DNA of 64,000 nucleotides from Hydrolagus affinis (taxonomy: Eukaryota). A program made the translations under genes and the position numbers. The notes beneath the pieces are model-generated. The model worked only from the letters and a program-made list of their open reading frames with translations. It had not been told where the DNA came from and did not search any database. Positions 1 through 13,020 of the stretch are shown in pieces; positions within the stretch are counted from its first letter, which is position 1; every line of letters begins with the position of its first letter. The stretch spans positions 62,001 to 126,000 of the forward strand of contig JAAILG010000118.1 in assembly GCA_012026655.1 (NCBI GenBank), written 5' to 3'.

Positions 1-309
1 TCAAGAGGGAACTGGGCAAATGCCTTAAGAGTCAGCTAATAAAAGCTACAGTAATGGTAGATAAATGGTTTGAAAAGATTGCTCTTGAGGCAACCCACAC
101 AGACACAATTAAAAGCCTTTTTTTCTATTCATTATATTTCTCTAGTTCTACAGAGTGCCAACACTTCCAATTGCTTTATATACTTATAACTAGTATTTCT
201 TTTTCAAAAAGACTCAAGTTGGTTATTTCACCTTCTTTTATTGGAATATTGGAAGATCTCAGTTGTGTTTAAGGTCAGAGAAGGTCAATAATAATAGTTA
301 TAAAAATGT

Positions 310-703
310 AGTACCTTATCATTGTCATCAAAACTCATTGTCTCAAAGTGCTTCGCATGATTTATTGTAAACGTGTATATGTATATATATTGACAAATGC
401 AGCAGCCAAGTTGCAAACAACAATGTTCGACAAAATGCCATGACACGAAAGACTAATTTTAACTGGGGAATTATTGACCAGATACCCTCTTCTCTTTTGA
501 GTAGCAACATAGGATGTTTCACATCCACCTGAACAGAAACCTCAGGCTACTGTCTCAGTTGAAGGACAGCACATCTGATAGTGTAGTGCTCCCATATCAC
601 TGACATTGAAGTCTCAGCAGCAACTATGAGCTCAAAGTCTTGATTTGCGGCTTCAACTCAAAACCTTTGTCTTGGAGGCAAGAGTGCTGCCAACTGAGCC
701 AGG
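310..703 (-). mobile_element. Deu-SINE-like (SacSINE1-type) tRNA-derived SINE, degenerate
   Basis: Reverse complement starts CCTGGCTCAGTTGGCAGCACTCTTGCCT. Central ...TCAGGTGGATGTGAAACATCCTATG... and tail ...GAAGCACTTTGAGAC. Confidence 0.7.
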
Positions 704-724
704 TTCAGAGAATGATTAGGTGAA

Positions 725-870
725 ATTTCACCCACAACATATACAGTCAATTCACTTTACAGTATATAATAAAAATGCAAGGATTATTATTATTATATTC
801 TGTGAAATGCTTTGAGATATCACAAAGAGGTGATAAGGTGCTATATCAAATGCAAGGATTATTATTAAAT
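725..870 (+). mobile_element. SINE 3' tail fragment with duplicated AAATGCAAGGATTATT end
   Basis: ATACAGTCAATTCACTTTACAGTATA...TGTGAAATGCTTTGAGA...CTATATCAAATGCAAGGATTATTATT, shared with full copies. Confidence 0.8.
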
Positions 871-1018
871 ATATTGAAGATCAGCTTTAGAATCTCAACA
901 CCTAAAAACTTAAAAACAGATACAGAACCACTCTTGAGATTACAATATTTATTGCTACCTCATTAGTCTTTACAGTAGACACTTTTATTCCAATTCTCTT
1001 CTGGAAGAATAATATGAT

Positions 1019-1097
1019 CTGGGAGAAGTTTCTCAAATAAATAATAACTGGGAGAAGTTTCTCAAATAAATTATTATATTAATAAGTTTCTCAAATG
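1019..1097. repeat. short tandem duplication, period 29 bp
   Basis: CTGGGAGAAGTTTCTCAAATAAAT at 1019 and 1048, with partial third copy AAGTTTCTCAAAT. Confidence 0.9.
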
Positions 1098-4000
1098 TTT
1101 AATCCAGATTTTAAAAATACATAGTTGTGCACAGCTGATGTTTTTGATGTTGGGGACCCTTTTTTTTATATTAATGCATTGTCCACTGTATTTATGGTAA
1201 GAATTTCAGAAACCTCTTGAAAAGGAATGGTTGCTTAATTTTCCACCTCATTCCTGCCAAGAGGAAGGAAAAAAACTACTTGGGGCAGTATTTGGGGGTT
1301 TGGCCAAATTTTTGTCAGTATGAATCATTCATTTTGTGGTAACAGAGACTGAGAAAAATGATTTTGTGCTGTCTTGAAATTCATTTAAATGACTATTAAC
1401 GGGTAAAACAAATCAAAGTAAGGGTGTAGTAGATCCAATACCACAACTAAAAGCTTCCGCCAAGTGTGGAATTTAGACCTACTCTGAATAAGTTTAGAGA
1501 ACTGCACTGACTGCAAGGCTTAACAGTAAAGTATTTGTTCTCAGAAATATAATGTTACATTCATAATATAATGCATTGTACAAATTTTTCTTTCCATAAC
1601 AAATAATTATAGTGGTAAACCAAGGACTCTAGCATACATTGCTGAGTGCTAAAAGGTTATAATGTAAACCATACCAGGGCTATTACATTGCTGCATTATC
1701 AGGAGAGAGCATCTTTGCACATTATGCTTCTGAACATTTTTCGTTATGATATATAATGTAAATGCTATTCAAACCATATGGCTATGCCAAGCTGTAGATG
1801 AAGGCAAGATCCACCAATTCCATAAATTGTTTCATACAGTGAGTTGCGTGCATTGTTTATTTAGCTGACTATTCACCACAGCAACACCACAGACAAACCT
1901 TATCACATCCTCACCCGATATGCACACAAGTGCCTTTCAAAGATATTGCCAGGAACTGTGGTGGATTGTTTGTCTTAATAACCTATATACTGATGTCAAT
2001 GGTGGCGTCCAAATGTTGCCTGACTGTAATGAACTAGCACAAATTGGATCTGAGAGTTTTCTGATTTTTGCTGTTGTCTTCAGATTGAACATCCTACTTT
2101 TCTACTTTGTGTTTCCATGCATGATTGAAAATTATAGGTCTTTTTTTAATTGAATAATGACTCAAAAATCTGCCCTCATTAGCTTTCCTTATACATCACA
2201 CCATAACACAGCCTAGTGTTCAAGACCACGTGTTTTCAAATGACTATACTACGTACTGAATCTGTCTGAAAACTCTTTAGTGCAGTGACAATGATCCATC
2301 ACTAAATATTTAGTTACGGGAATAAGTATTGCTAAAGAACCAGCATTATATTTAAACTAGGTGACTTTTAAACTGGGTGAGTACACAATGTTTATAGAAT
2401 CAAATCAAGCAAAGAGTCAATTAACCCATTCACATCTTACAATTCTGGTGTTATACAGCTGTATTGGCATGATTATTTCAGTAATAAACTAATAACTCTT
2501 GTACCTGTAATACAGATAATCTTTATGGGCTTAGTTAACTGTTTTGGGTAGGGAACTGTAAACAGATCTGGACCAGCGACTTAGTTTACAGTGAACCAAT
2601 CTTTCAAATGTACACTGCAGAACTGTGATTTCCTCCCTTGGCTCAAAGGCAAAGTTAAAAGCTCATTTCCCTTTTGACTTTTGCCATTGGAAAGAAATGT
2701 AGATATGAATTCATATCAACCTGATGTAGCTGAAGTGAGAAACATTTCCTTTTCATAATTGTTTTATGCATTCAGCTTCCTAATGCAGTTTCATTCAGAG
2801 ATGGTGTTTTGTGGGTCAGCTTGGTGTCTGTCTGACACACGGGGAAACTCATCACCAAACATAAGAGTATCCAGAGCAGTCTTTAAGTTCCAATTATGTT
2901 TGCTACCTACGTGGAATTTTCGGCATCTGGAATGGAACCTACATTCTCACCAGAAGCACCCACCCCACTTACTTAATTCAAGAGTATTAGTTCCAGGTTG
3001 GCTAGAGCCAAGGATGAGGACCTCAGACTGTGCATTGAAGTGCTCCTGTGGTTTAACAGCTAAAACAGTTTAGCATGACATTGAGAGCACAGTCTGCTAA
3101 GTTTCCTGCTGCTGGTCCAGTTAGGACTAGCATATCCATAAGGGCTTTGGCTTACAGAGTTAACAATATCTGAATGGTAATACCCCCGCTCCCAGTGACT
3201 GTTCTGCTCATCCAAGTTCTGCAGATAAATTAGACTGGCTGATCAATCATCAGCAGTGCCCTGGAATACTATGAATCCATCTGTTTCAGCAACTGGATTG
3301 CTGAGACTGCCATAGATGATGGGCACAATTCCAACATTCTGTTGCCTGCTTACTTTCAGGAGCCACCTTATCTTCCTCTTTCCCCCCACAACGAGGATAG
3401 CATTTTCATCGATAGGATTAAAACATGCTATCTGGTCAATGCTTTCTAGAATCTCTCAATCAGTTTCTCTTTTGGCTTTTTTGGAAAGGATGAGATCAAA
3501 TGAGCTTTCGTCCAAACCTATATTGTGTCCCGCTTAATCTAATTGGCGCTTTGATTTATGGTAACAAACATGTCCACAGCTGTATATCATTGAAACGGAA
3601 CAACATGCTAAAAATATGCAACAACTGTGTAGAGGTTTGATCCAAATCTGGCTTCACAAAATCTAGCTATTGTGCTTACTTTAGGAGATTGTGGGTTCAA
3701 ACCAAAACCTGGGTTAACTGTGCTTGAGCTACTAATCCAGGATGACAGTAGTGGAGTGCATTACTATGAAAGCACTGTGTTGCCGGTACTATCCTGCTGA
3801 TAAGCCACAATGTCCAGTTTGCCTATTTTGATCATTCAGGTAGGTTTGTGATTTTGTAAAGGGAACTGAGGAAACACGTGAGCAATAATCGTGTAAGCAT
3901 TTAACAGGTTTATGTAGAGAGCTGGAAAGTGAGATTCATTTTAAAAAAAGGATAATTTAGAAGTATAGGTAAGTGTCACAGACAGCAGGGCTCCATTCTC

Positions 4001-5849
4001 TACAGACCATTTCTATGATATTTTAAAGATGAGGGTATTTTCCTGTTTTGCTGGCCTATATTCTTACTATAGATAGCCTACAAAAATACAGTTTCACTTG
4101 ACAGTAATTACCTGTGCAGCTGATTGAGAAGATTTTTACGTTATATATGCCATATCAGATGCAACGATTATTATCAAAATTTACCTTAAATGTGTGGAAA
4201 GTTGCTGGCACAAATCAATTGTGACTTTAGCAGAGACAACAGTTCAAAGTAACCTGTGTGATGCTCTTTCAAATGTTTCATTCATAACAGAGACAAATGT
4301 TATTTAAATGATCATGTATGATGGGATATGAAACAAAATAACATAACATGGTAGTATCTCAGTGGTGTCAATTATGGTCTGTACATCTTTTGTTGATGTT
4401 TAGAACTGAATTCACATGTTGAACGTGAAAAGATCTGCACAACCCTCAAAAAAATATAAATGTATTCAAAAATAATTCTGATAATTATTTTGTTTATCCA
4501 CATTTAAATGTATTTTTTCCTCCTCCATGATAGTTGTTCCATGTCTTCTTCCAGACTCCCATTAAGGAACAGTCTGCGGTGCAGATTTCCCCCTGGCTGC
4601 CACTGACAGATGAGCTAACTCCAGACTGAATTTTCTTATTTCCAAGATGAAGTGTCTCATTCCTGAACAGCTTTCTATCTGACAGTTTGACCAGGAGCTG
4701 ACACTATTCAGCTGACTGAAGTTACAGATCACAAAGCAGTCAGGAGAGCCTGCGTACTGGAAATCTTCACTTACTAAATTGGGAGGCACATACTTTTTCA
4801 ATAATGCAACCATTTCGAGGCTCAAAAATCTGGGCCAGCTAAATATAAAACTGAGATTATATTACATCCAATAAACTGTGCAGAGTTACTCTATTGGGTA
4901 AACCTTATGGGATATTTATTTCCTCTGATAACAATGGTAAATAACTTAGATGCAATGCTGCACGATGGAAAATGTTGCAATATTGAACTTACCCTCATCT
5001 TTAAAAAAGTGGAATTTCTACTTCTTATTTCAGCTACACTTTGTGTAAATATTTTTGCCATCTAGTTATCAGCAATTACATCTTCTTTTTGCCAAATGTC
5101 AACTTCAGATACATTTTTATTTTGTTTGAGGTCCAGGAAAAAATGTTCTCAGGTCCTAAATCTACCAATAACATCAATAAAGATCATCTACTCTGGAGTC
5201 TGCTGTGTTATTTCAATTTCCATGGGATTTACAACTTTTGGAGTACCCCAACTTAAATTATGCACATCTGAATATTTGTATGTACTGCGAGCAGTTTTAA
5301 AAAAAATTGCTGCAACGATATTTATTGTAGACATTCTACCAGTCAATGTAAAATTTACAATTTGAGCATGATAACCATTCAATGGAGGGAACTGCACTTG
5401 TCACCAAACTATGTGGGTTTCCAGACAGAATAAAGTTGACTTCAGTCTGATGTGGCAAAGTGAATAGTTTCTCCTCTTATCCAAATCCTGCATTTACTAC
5501 AATAGGCTATTGAAGTATTGAAGTCAATATGCATCAGGTTTCATGTCTGAATATGTAGCTCCAGACATGAAAAAAAAGTAAGATGAAGACTTTGCAGATT
5601 TCATGCTTAAGTTTCTGAGCCAAACATTTCTTCCAACTCAATTCTTCCGAAGGAAAAAGTTTTGCTAAAGAAAGGATTGTTCACTCCTCCTTCTTTTGAT
5701 TCTAGTTTTTTTTATCCCATAGAGCACCTGGATAACGCGACTGAATGTCCATGAATGGTAGGTGCCACATGGATTGATCAATGCATCTTTGCTTCCAGCA
5801 GCCTGATGCACGACCCCTCAACTACTAATGAAGATCCTTGCATTCGATG

Positions 5850-6140
5850 TAATAATCCTTACATTTGATGTTGCGCATTTCACGTCTTCTAGATATCTCA
5901 AAGCGCTTCACAGATTATACAATAAAGTGAAATGACTGTTATATTTGTGGGCAAAATGCAGCAGCCAATTGCTTATAGCAGTGTTCCACAAAGAGTCATG
6001 GATTAAAGCAACCAATTTTTTTTTCTTCAGAGATTATTATCAGGTGTGTGGAGTAAGGAAACGTGCTCAAGGTCTCTCCCTGGTGGGAATCAAACTCAGG
6101 TTCGAGAGGCAGTGCTCTAACCATTGAGCTACAGGAAGCC
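5850..6140 (-). mobile_element. tRNA-derived SINE (abundant young family)
   Basis: Reverse complement has head CCTGTAGCTCAATGGTTAGAGCAC, TTTCCTTACTCCACAC core and ...GGATTATTA tail. Confidence 0.85.
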
Positions 6141-7063
6141 ACAATATAACATTCGGAATGGAAGGGAGTTCCACAAAATAAAGGTAAAATTTAGAACTGC
6201 CAGCAGCGTCACCAAGAACTTTGGTAAATGTTAAACAAATGAAGAGCTTCATTCATTCAGAAATGTTTAAACCAAGTGTTGTTTATTGCAGCTACTGGGA
6301 AGCCCAAGTGATGTGAGAGTGACTCCATGAGGTGGTTTTGTAATGTTGGCCTGAATCAGGACCCAGCTCCCAGAGCCGGGATTAGTTTGCATCAATTCTG
6401 TGAGGGGAAAAATGTTGAATTGACACAAACTAATTCACCTTCAACAATCCCCCGGATAAAATTGATCATACACTGCATGGCTGATTGTGGGATATTGTTT
6501 GCTGCAAACTGGCTCCAAATTTGTTTACAACTTGTTTACAGACAGTCACTACACTTCACAGTGAAATCCTGTGAAGTGCTTTGAGACATCAATGACATCA
6601 TAAGGTGCCACATCAAATGCAAGGAAGGATTGTTAATTGTTTAGTAAAGGTTCAAGAATAAACTTGTGGTGAGGAAGTTAAGGACCGCCCATTCGTCTCT
6701 TCCAATAGAGTTTTTTTAATGAGAAGCAGGTAAGGTGCAACACTACACACTGGGCCATGTGGATCTCGGTGGCTCACAGTGTGAAAAATCAGTACAAAAA
6801 TGCAGACATGTGCTACTGCTATGTTTACCCAGTGCTTCAGTAAACAGCAGACTGTGATCTCTGCTGCTTGTCTCCAGTTTCCTGATAAGACTGGCTAAAG
6901 TTTGAACAGTCCTGCTGTTTTCCTTTAATGTCCTGTCAATCAGTGCTAACTAGCTAATAGTCAATAATGTGGATGACTTACAGCTCACTACATATATCTC
7001 CATCAACAAATCAACATATTTTCCTATAATGCTGATGTGTTTGAAACACTACTGATACTTAGA

Positions 7064-7930
7064 TGGGTCCATTCTATTCATTTTGACTGCATCATCCTTT
7101 TCATCCAGAAGACAGGCTTTGAACTATACTCAAGACACTTACACTTCGAGCAGAAATGGGGAAAGGTTTGGTAATGGAGTGATTTGAGATTACTTTTGAC
7201 TCTTATTTTAATGCCTGTCTTTCTTCACATCAGCACATTTTCAGGAAGAAGGATTGGCTGAAAGGTGGCGAGGCCTGAGAGCTGCTTGCAGCTGGATGTG
7301 TTCATAGTCTTGCAACAGAGCTTGAAAGTGACATTCTCATACTAGACTGGAATTTTATTATCACGTGCTGAAGCAGTCAATGTGCATTGAAGAAAACCAT
7401 AACCCAAGCCCTGAACCTCCCAGTTAATTTTTCATGCAGGTGATGAAGGCAATGTTATCTCAAGGTCTGACAGCCATATTGTCCCCTATTGTTGTATTAG
7501 ATTCCCAACTGCCCTTATTGTATTCACATAATTCCAGGCTTGGGTAATGTATTTAATCCACATTAGTATTAAGGCATTATTTGTGAGAGACTTATCAGAA
7601 ACAAAATAACCTCTAAGATTGTTAAATTTCAGTTTACTTAATTCCACTATGAGACAGCTTCCCCAACAATAAGTAGAAACTGGTAACTGGTAAGCTGGCT
7701 AGAGTCTAACACGATTATTATCACTAAAATCAGTGTACTGATTATAAAATATTAATATTGATTGTGAGGGATTTCACTGGGGTTTAGCCAAATGTTGGGT
7801 CAATTCTATTCATTTTGATCACATCGTCCTTTGCGGTCTAGAAGACAGGCTTTGAACTTTGTCTGGGACACGTACACTTTGAACAGAAAAGTGTTCAGTC
7901 ATAGAGTGATTGTGATTTACTTTTGATTCT
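7064..7930 (+). repeat. diverged ~140 bp direct repeat (7064-7203 and 7796-7930)
   Basis: Shared TGGGTC.ATTCTATTCATTTTGA, AGAAGACAGGCTTTGAACT, GACAC.TACACTT.GA.CAGAAA and TTACTTTTGA.TCT. Confidence 0.85.
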
Positions 7931-9774
7931 GCATCAGAGTTTGCATCTTACATTGTACAAGGTTTACTTGCGAATTATGCCATCAAGAACCCTTTACATG
8001 TTCTCAAGTGTCCCAATCCACAATCCCCCAAATAAAATTGGTTACTCACTCAGAAATGTTTATAGCACATTCCTGTGCTAAGAAATTGACTGCCATGCAT
8101 AATCTACAGTCACTTGACTTTAAAGTATGTCCTGTGGAACACCTTGAGATTTCCTCCTAATGTGAATGGTGGTATATCAATTGCAAGAATTATTATTTAG
8201 AACTAAATTATTAATTAATTTAAATAAGTGCTTTCAAAAATGAAATTTATATATGGGAATGCTATCACAGCTGCATTTTGCTGAATCTCTATTTGCTCTG
8301 TTTCTGTCAATCTCAATCAAACATTATTTTCAATCAAAGTGAAGAATGTAAAATGCAGTGCTTCCCCACATCAGAACAATCAATGGCTCATGGTCACTCA
8401 TAATTCAAGGCAGAATGTAGCTTCCTCTTCTCTGACATAACCTTGCAAAGGCACCACCTCCCACAATGCTTGATGTCTTTAGTTTCCCAAACCAGTCTTT
8501 CTACATTAGATTTAGGAAAGTTTGGCTCCACCGGGCCTTGGTGTCGAACAAGCAAGCAAAAGAACATCAGTGGACTTGAAATCAATATTTGATGAGGAAA
8601 AATAGACAATTTGTCAGATAGGACTGGAACTAGGAGAGTGCGGACCCAAGGAGTTCAATGAGAGAAGAGAGGTGATCAAGAAAGATGCAGTGGTCAATAG
8701 TGTTGAAAGTGGCAGAAGGATCTAATTCTGGATGGATTTCCAATGGACCAGCGAGCCACTGTCTAAGTTACTGGCAGAATTCATTATCAGGGTAACATGT
8801 TATAAATTGCTGCATATTACAATTAACTGTCTTCTAACCAGTTAAAGACATTCAATTCAAGAACAACAGATTTCTTGTTTCTAAGCATTCAATGCTTCAG
8901 ATGATGGATTGTATTTCAGCTTCAAACATCCTCTCATTAAATGCAATGTTTTGCCATAAATCTTCTTTATTAAATGTGAAACGACTTTCAGACAAAATAT
9001 GTTTCAATGTTTGTCTATCTGCAGCTGAAACCTTGGTTCCATATTATCTCAAAATTAAAATCAGCAGAGAAAAACGGCCCACAAAAATCTCTAATAAATG
9101 GAGGGAGGACATTTCCTGTTCGAACTATATAATGCAAACAATTTGGAGCATTAAAATATTGCCACTGTTAATCTTTATAAAAGTCATAGCTTGACAAACT
9201 ATTTCTATTCTACAATTTGTATGTAAACCTGTTGAGCAAACTGTAAACTAACTGAAATAAATACAACAAAATTAGTGCCTTTCACATCAGGAGGACGTCC
9301 CTTTTCTTCTTTTGGTATTTTCTTTCCTTTTAATGTTTTGCTTGCTTATTTCTCTCCTCTTGAAAGTTGTGATTTGATACTGCTGTACAAGTTCACAATT
9401 GAGTATATCCCTTCTGTACTTTTAAGAGAGTTTGGAAAGGGAGTGCAGGTGTATATCATCAATTGGAGTCCCACTGTAAATCTAGTGCAGTTCTTCCCTG
9501 ATGTTCACAATATAAGCAGATACATGGGGATCGCTGATCAGTGAAAATTCTAGGTGCTGGTTTCTCCTTCCTTTGATGGGAGGAGGGAAGTGAAGGCAAT
9601 TTTTGTGCAGCTTCTGCACCATGACCAACAAACATCATAGATCAGAAGGTCAGCCCTGAGATGTTTGTAGTTTGTATAGTTTAGTCCAACACCAAATGGC
9701 GCAATTCCCAAAGAGTTCTAGAGTGCCTTTCTTCGTGACAATACTGTATAATTGTTATATACTGTTCTCATTTA

Positions 9775-10130
9775 AACAACAACAAAATGACACTTGTATA
9801 GTGCCTTTCACATCTGGAGTACATCCCAAGGCCCTGGACAGTCATTGGTTCAGACCCAAGCTTGGGTCGGGATCATGGGGGATGGAGGGAAAAAAAGGGA
9901 TTTGGGGTGACCGATGGGACTGTCAAAAAGGAAGTTTTTGAGGTGGGACTTGAAGGAGGCTAGAGAAGGGATGAGGTGGAGGGACTGTGGAATGAGGTTA
10001 GGGGCAGAGTGGCTGAAGGCCCACTCACCGATGGTGGGTTGGATGGATGGGTTGGGGGACATGGAGCAGGCCAGAGCCCGCTGAGTGAAGGGAGTAGGCA
10101 GGTTGGTAGGGGATTAGGAGATCACAAAGA
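9775..10130 (-). mobile_element. L2 LINE 3' fragment
   Basis: (CAA)n tail at 9776-9785. Minus-strand translation ...AFSHSAP...SFKSHLKNFLF is typical of the L2 ORF2 C-terminus. Confidence 0.75.
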
Positions 10131-10164
10131 TAGGGTAATGTTTCTATTATCACAAATTTAAGTT

Positions 10165-10385
10165 TAAGCCTGGCTCAGTTGGTAGCACTCTCGTCTATTA
10201 GTCAGTGGGCTGTCGGTTGAAGGACTGGACCCCAAAGGACTTGAGCACATAGTTTGGGCTGACTCCAATCCAATACTGGGAGAACAGTGCAATGTTGGAG
10301 GTGTCGTCCTTTGGATTAGACATGAAACTGAGGTTCTGTCTGCCTATTCAGGAGGGTATTAAAGATCCCATGGCAGTGTTCCACT
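10165..10385 (+). mobile_element. Deu-SINE-like element, 5' half
   Basis: GCCTGGCTCAGTTGGTAGCACTCTCG...GACTTGAGCACATA...GGAGGTGTCGTCCTTTGGAT...AAAGATCCCATGGCA. Confidence 0.75.
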
Positions 10386-10389
10386 TGGT

Positions 10390-10655
10390 TTGAGCCCTAC
10401 ATCACAAACTCCCAGCTCTACATCTCTGCAAATGGCTTTTCTTCTTGTTTCCATCCTGTCACTTGTGGGGTACCCCAAGGATCTATCCCTGGCCCTATTT
10501 TCTTCCTTGTTTATATGCTCCCTCTCAGTGATGGCATCCACAGACACAGGGTTAACTCTACTTTTCCACCTCCAGTTGCGACTTTCAGTTGTCTGTCAGA
10601 CATCAAGAGCTGGATGAGTGTACATTTCCTGCAGTTAAATATAAACAAGACAGGA
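10390..10655 (+). mobile_element. L2 LINE RT-region fragment, degenerate
   Basis: GGGGTACCCCAAGGATCTATCCCTGGCCCT (GVPQGSxxGP motif) and TGGATGAGT...TTCCTGCAGTTAAATATAAACAAGAC (WMS..FLQLN.NKT). Confidence 0.75.
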
Positions 10656-11914
10656 GTCTTGTTTATATTTAAACAATATAGTTTTGTTTAAGTCCCTCCA
10701 CTTCTCTGCATTCCCCTACCTCTCCAACTACTCTCGCCATACAGCAGTACCTCTCCTTTCTCTCTAAAGGGGCCCCTAAATCCCCTAAACAAATAGAAGT
10801 GAAGAATAGGTAGAATCGAAATAAATAATAAAATATCTTAACTATTATAGTTTATTAAGGCATTTTACAGGGAGACAAGTGTTAGGAACGTAACATTTAA
10901 ACAAGCCCAGTTATGTATTCGAATTGACATAATTGGTTTGTTCAAATCTAATTTTGACATGAAAGTAAATACTGTATGTTGGATTTTAGATAAATATCAT
11001 TCAGGATATTGTACCACATTTAAATCTGTCACTTTAATTGAATTGACAACTACCTTCTCTTAACTAATGCTTGACTATCTGATGTTTTCACTTAAGTTAT
11101 ATCATTACTCAAACAATGACATCCAGTCAGCTTGTGATACTTTGGTCACATAAAGCAATGAAATATTGCGAGGGTTCATACTTTAATGTTTTGTTAGTAG
11201 TCTCGTCTATAAGATCACTTGCCTGTCAAAAGCATTGTCAAAAATTCAACAAGTAAACTTTTCATTTACATAGCGGGGTAAGAGGGAGTACAGCTTAACT
11301 AATACCCAGATTAATGTGCTGTGCTTTTGTTCCCCAGCCAAGAGTAGGAATACGATCTATTTCAGGGGAAGTCCTTGATGTGTTTCTGTCCCCATTTGCA
11401 GCGCATGCAGGCTCATCTGTTGATAATATTAATGATGCACATGATAATGTGTAATGAGTTGTTTGCACATGATTTATACTTGTTGTAGATTTGCCCTTTC
11501 CTTCTACATTTACTGCATTGTTTCTTACTACCTTTTGCTTCTTTGCCTTACCATAGAGTGTGAAATTCCCTGATTCAGTGATGGTTTTGTCAACATGGTT
11601 TTGACAAACTATTTAGAAAGATGAGGAAAACTGCATAAAAAGATGAGCAGCTTAAGGTGTATTAATTTTTCCTTAACTTGCCCACAAACTCAAACAGCAA
11701 TGGCTAAAGGTGACATGGTTGCCCTGAACGAAGCTCATTCTATTTCAGACATGCCATTCAGGAAAAACAGAGTTTGCATCCAACTGGCATAAGAATGGAG
11801 AATTAAGTTACCCTCCTAACTGCTAGGGTATAAACAATACATTCAAGCTAAACCTGGTCTGGGAAAAGCAATGATCTCGACCTTCCAACCCTTGTCCAAA
11901 TTTACCCCTCATTG

Positions 11915-12215
11915 GAGTCCTAAGCACAGTGGTTAGAGCACTCATCTCACAAGCGAGAGACTTTGGCTCGATTCCTAGCAGGGTGAATCCTTGGCCAAGT
12001 TTCCTTACTCCACATGCCTAATAATAATCCCTCACAAAAATAATAATTTGGTCACTCAAACCACGACTGTTTGCAGGACATTGCTGTGTGCAATTCGCTG
12101 CCGTGTTTCGCCCACAAATGTACAGTCAATTCACTTTACACTATATTCTGTGAAGCGCTTTGAGATGTCTAGAAGACACAAAAAGCAGTATCAAATGCAA
12201 ACATTATTATTATTC
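11915..12215 (+). mobile_element. tRNA-derived SINE, near full length
   Basis: GGAGTCCT..GCACAGTGGTTAGAGCACTC head, TTTCCTTACTCCACATGCC core, and ATCAAATGCAAACATTATTATT tail. Confidence 0.88.
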
Positions 12216-12539
12216 CTAGCTGACTGATCCAATTGCACCACTTGAAAGGCGTCCAACAAATTACACATATCCTGGTCAAATTTGCGATATGCTTGAACAG
12301 GTTTCTTATGTACAGTTAATGGATTTTTTAAATATTGTATGTCCTGAAAAATGCATTGCAAGGTAGTTCCCATTTGCAATAGACTGAGCAGGGGGCAATT
12401 AATGAATCACACGAGATGACAAACATGTTACAAATGGAGCTCAACATGTATAGGGAGTAAAAAGGCACATGTACTTGTATTGATTGGAGAGAATGTTCCA
12501 AGTGGGAAGTTAAAAGAAGTTAAGTATTAATTAACTCAC

Positions 12540-13020
12540 TGCTCACCATGTCCAAACAGTATAAGTATAAAACCAACAGTATAATCAGTATAAAACCAAA
12601 CTTCGCTCCTCGATTACTCCAGTCCTTGCCAGACTTTATTGACGCCTTGTTTCAGAGCAGATCGATTTCAAGATCCTCACTCTTCTTTTCAAATTCCTCC
12701 ACTCCTCTGCACCCCCTACCCCTCTGACCTCCTCTATCCTCATAACAGTATCCATTGCATTCGCTCTATCAGGTCTGGCCTCCTCCTTGTCCCCTGAATC
12801 CTCCGTTCCACTATCGGTGGCCGTGCCTTCAGCCACTCCTCCCCAAAGAGCTGGATCTCCCCTCCTTTACTATTTTCAGGTCGCGCCTAAAGACTTTTCT
12901 ATTCGATCATGCTTTTGGTCACCTTTTTCCCTCTCCCCTTGGCTCGGTCCCGGGTTCCATTATTGTGAAGTTCTCTGAGGGTGGAGGACGCTATATAAAT
13001 CCAAGTTGTTGTTGTTGCCA
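12540..13020 (+). mobile_element. L2 LINE 3' fragment
   Basis: ATCGATTTCAAGATCCTCACTCTT (IDFKILTL) and FRSRLKTFLFDHAF. Ends CGCTATATAAATCCAAGTTGTTGTTGTTG. Confidence 0.85.

Noticed and set aside
4500-4830. Strong-looking plus-strand splice acceptor (tcttcttccag at ~4544-4554) suggesting an exon, e.g. of RASSF9
   Set aside because: The frame I translated closes quickly, the ORF track shows no plus-strand ORF here, and nothing resembles RASSF9. A lncRNA exon cannot be supported from sequence alone.
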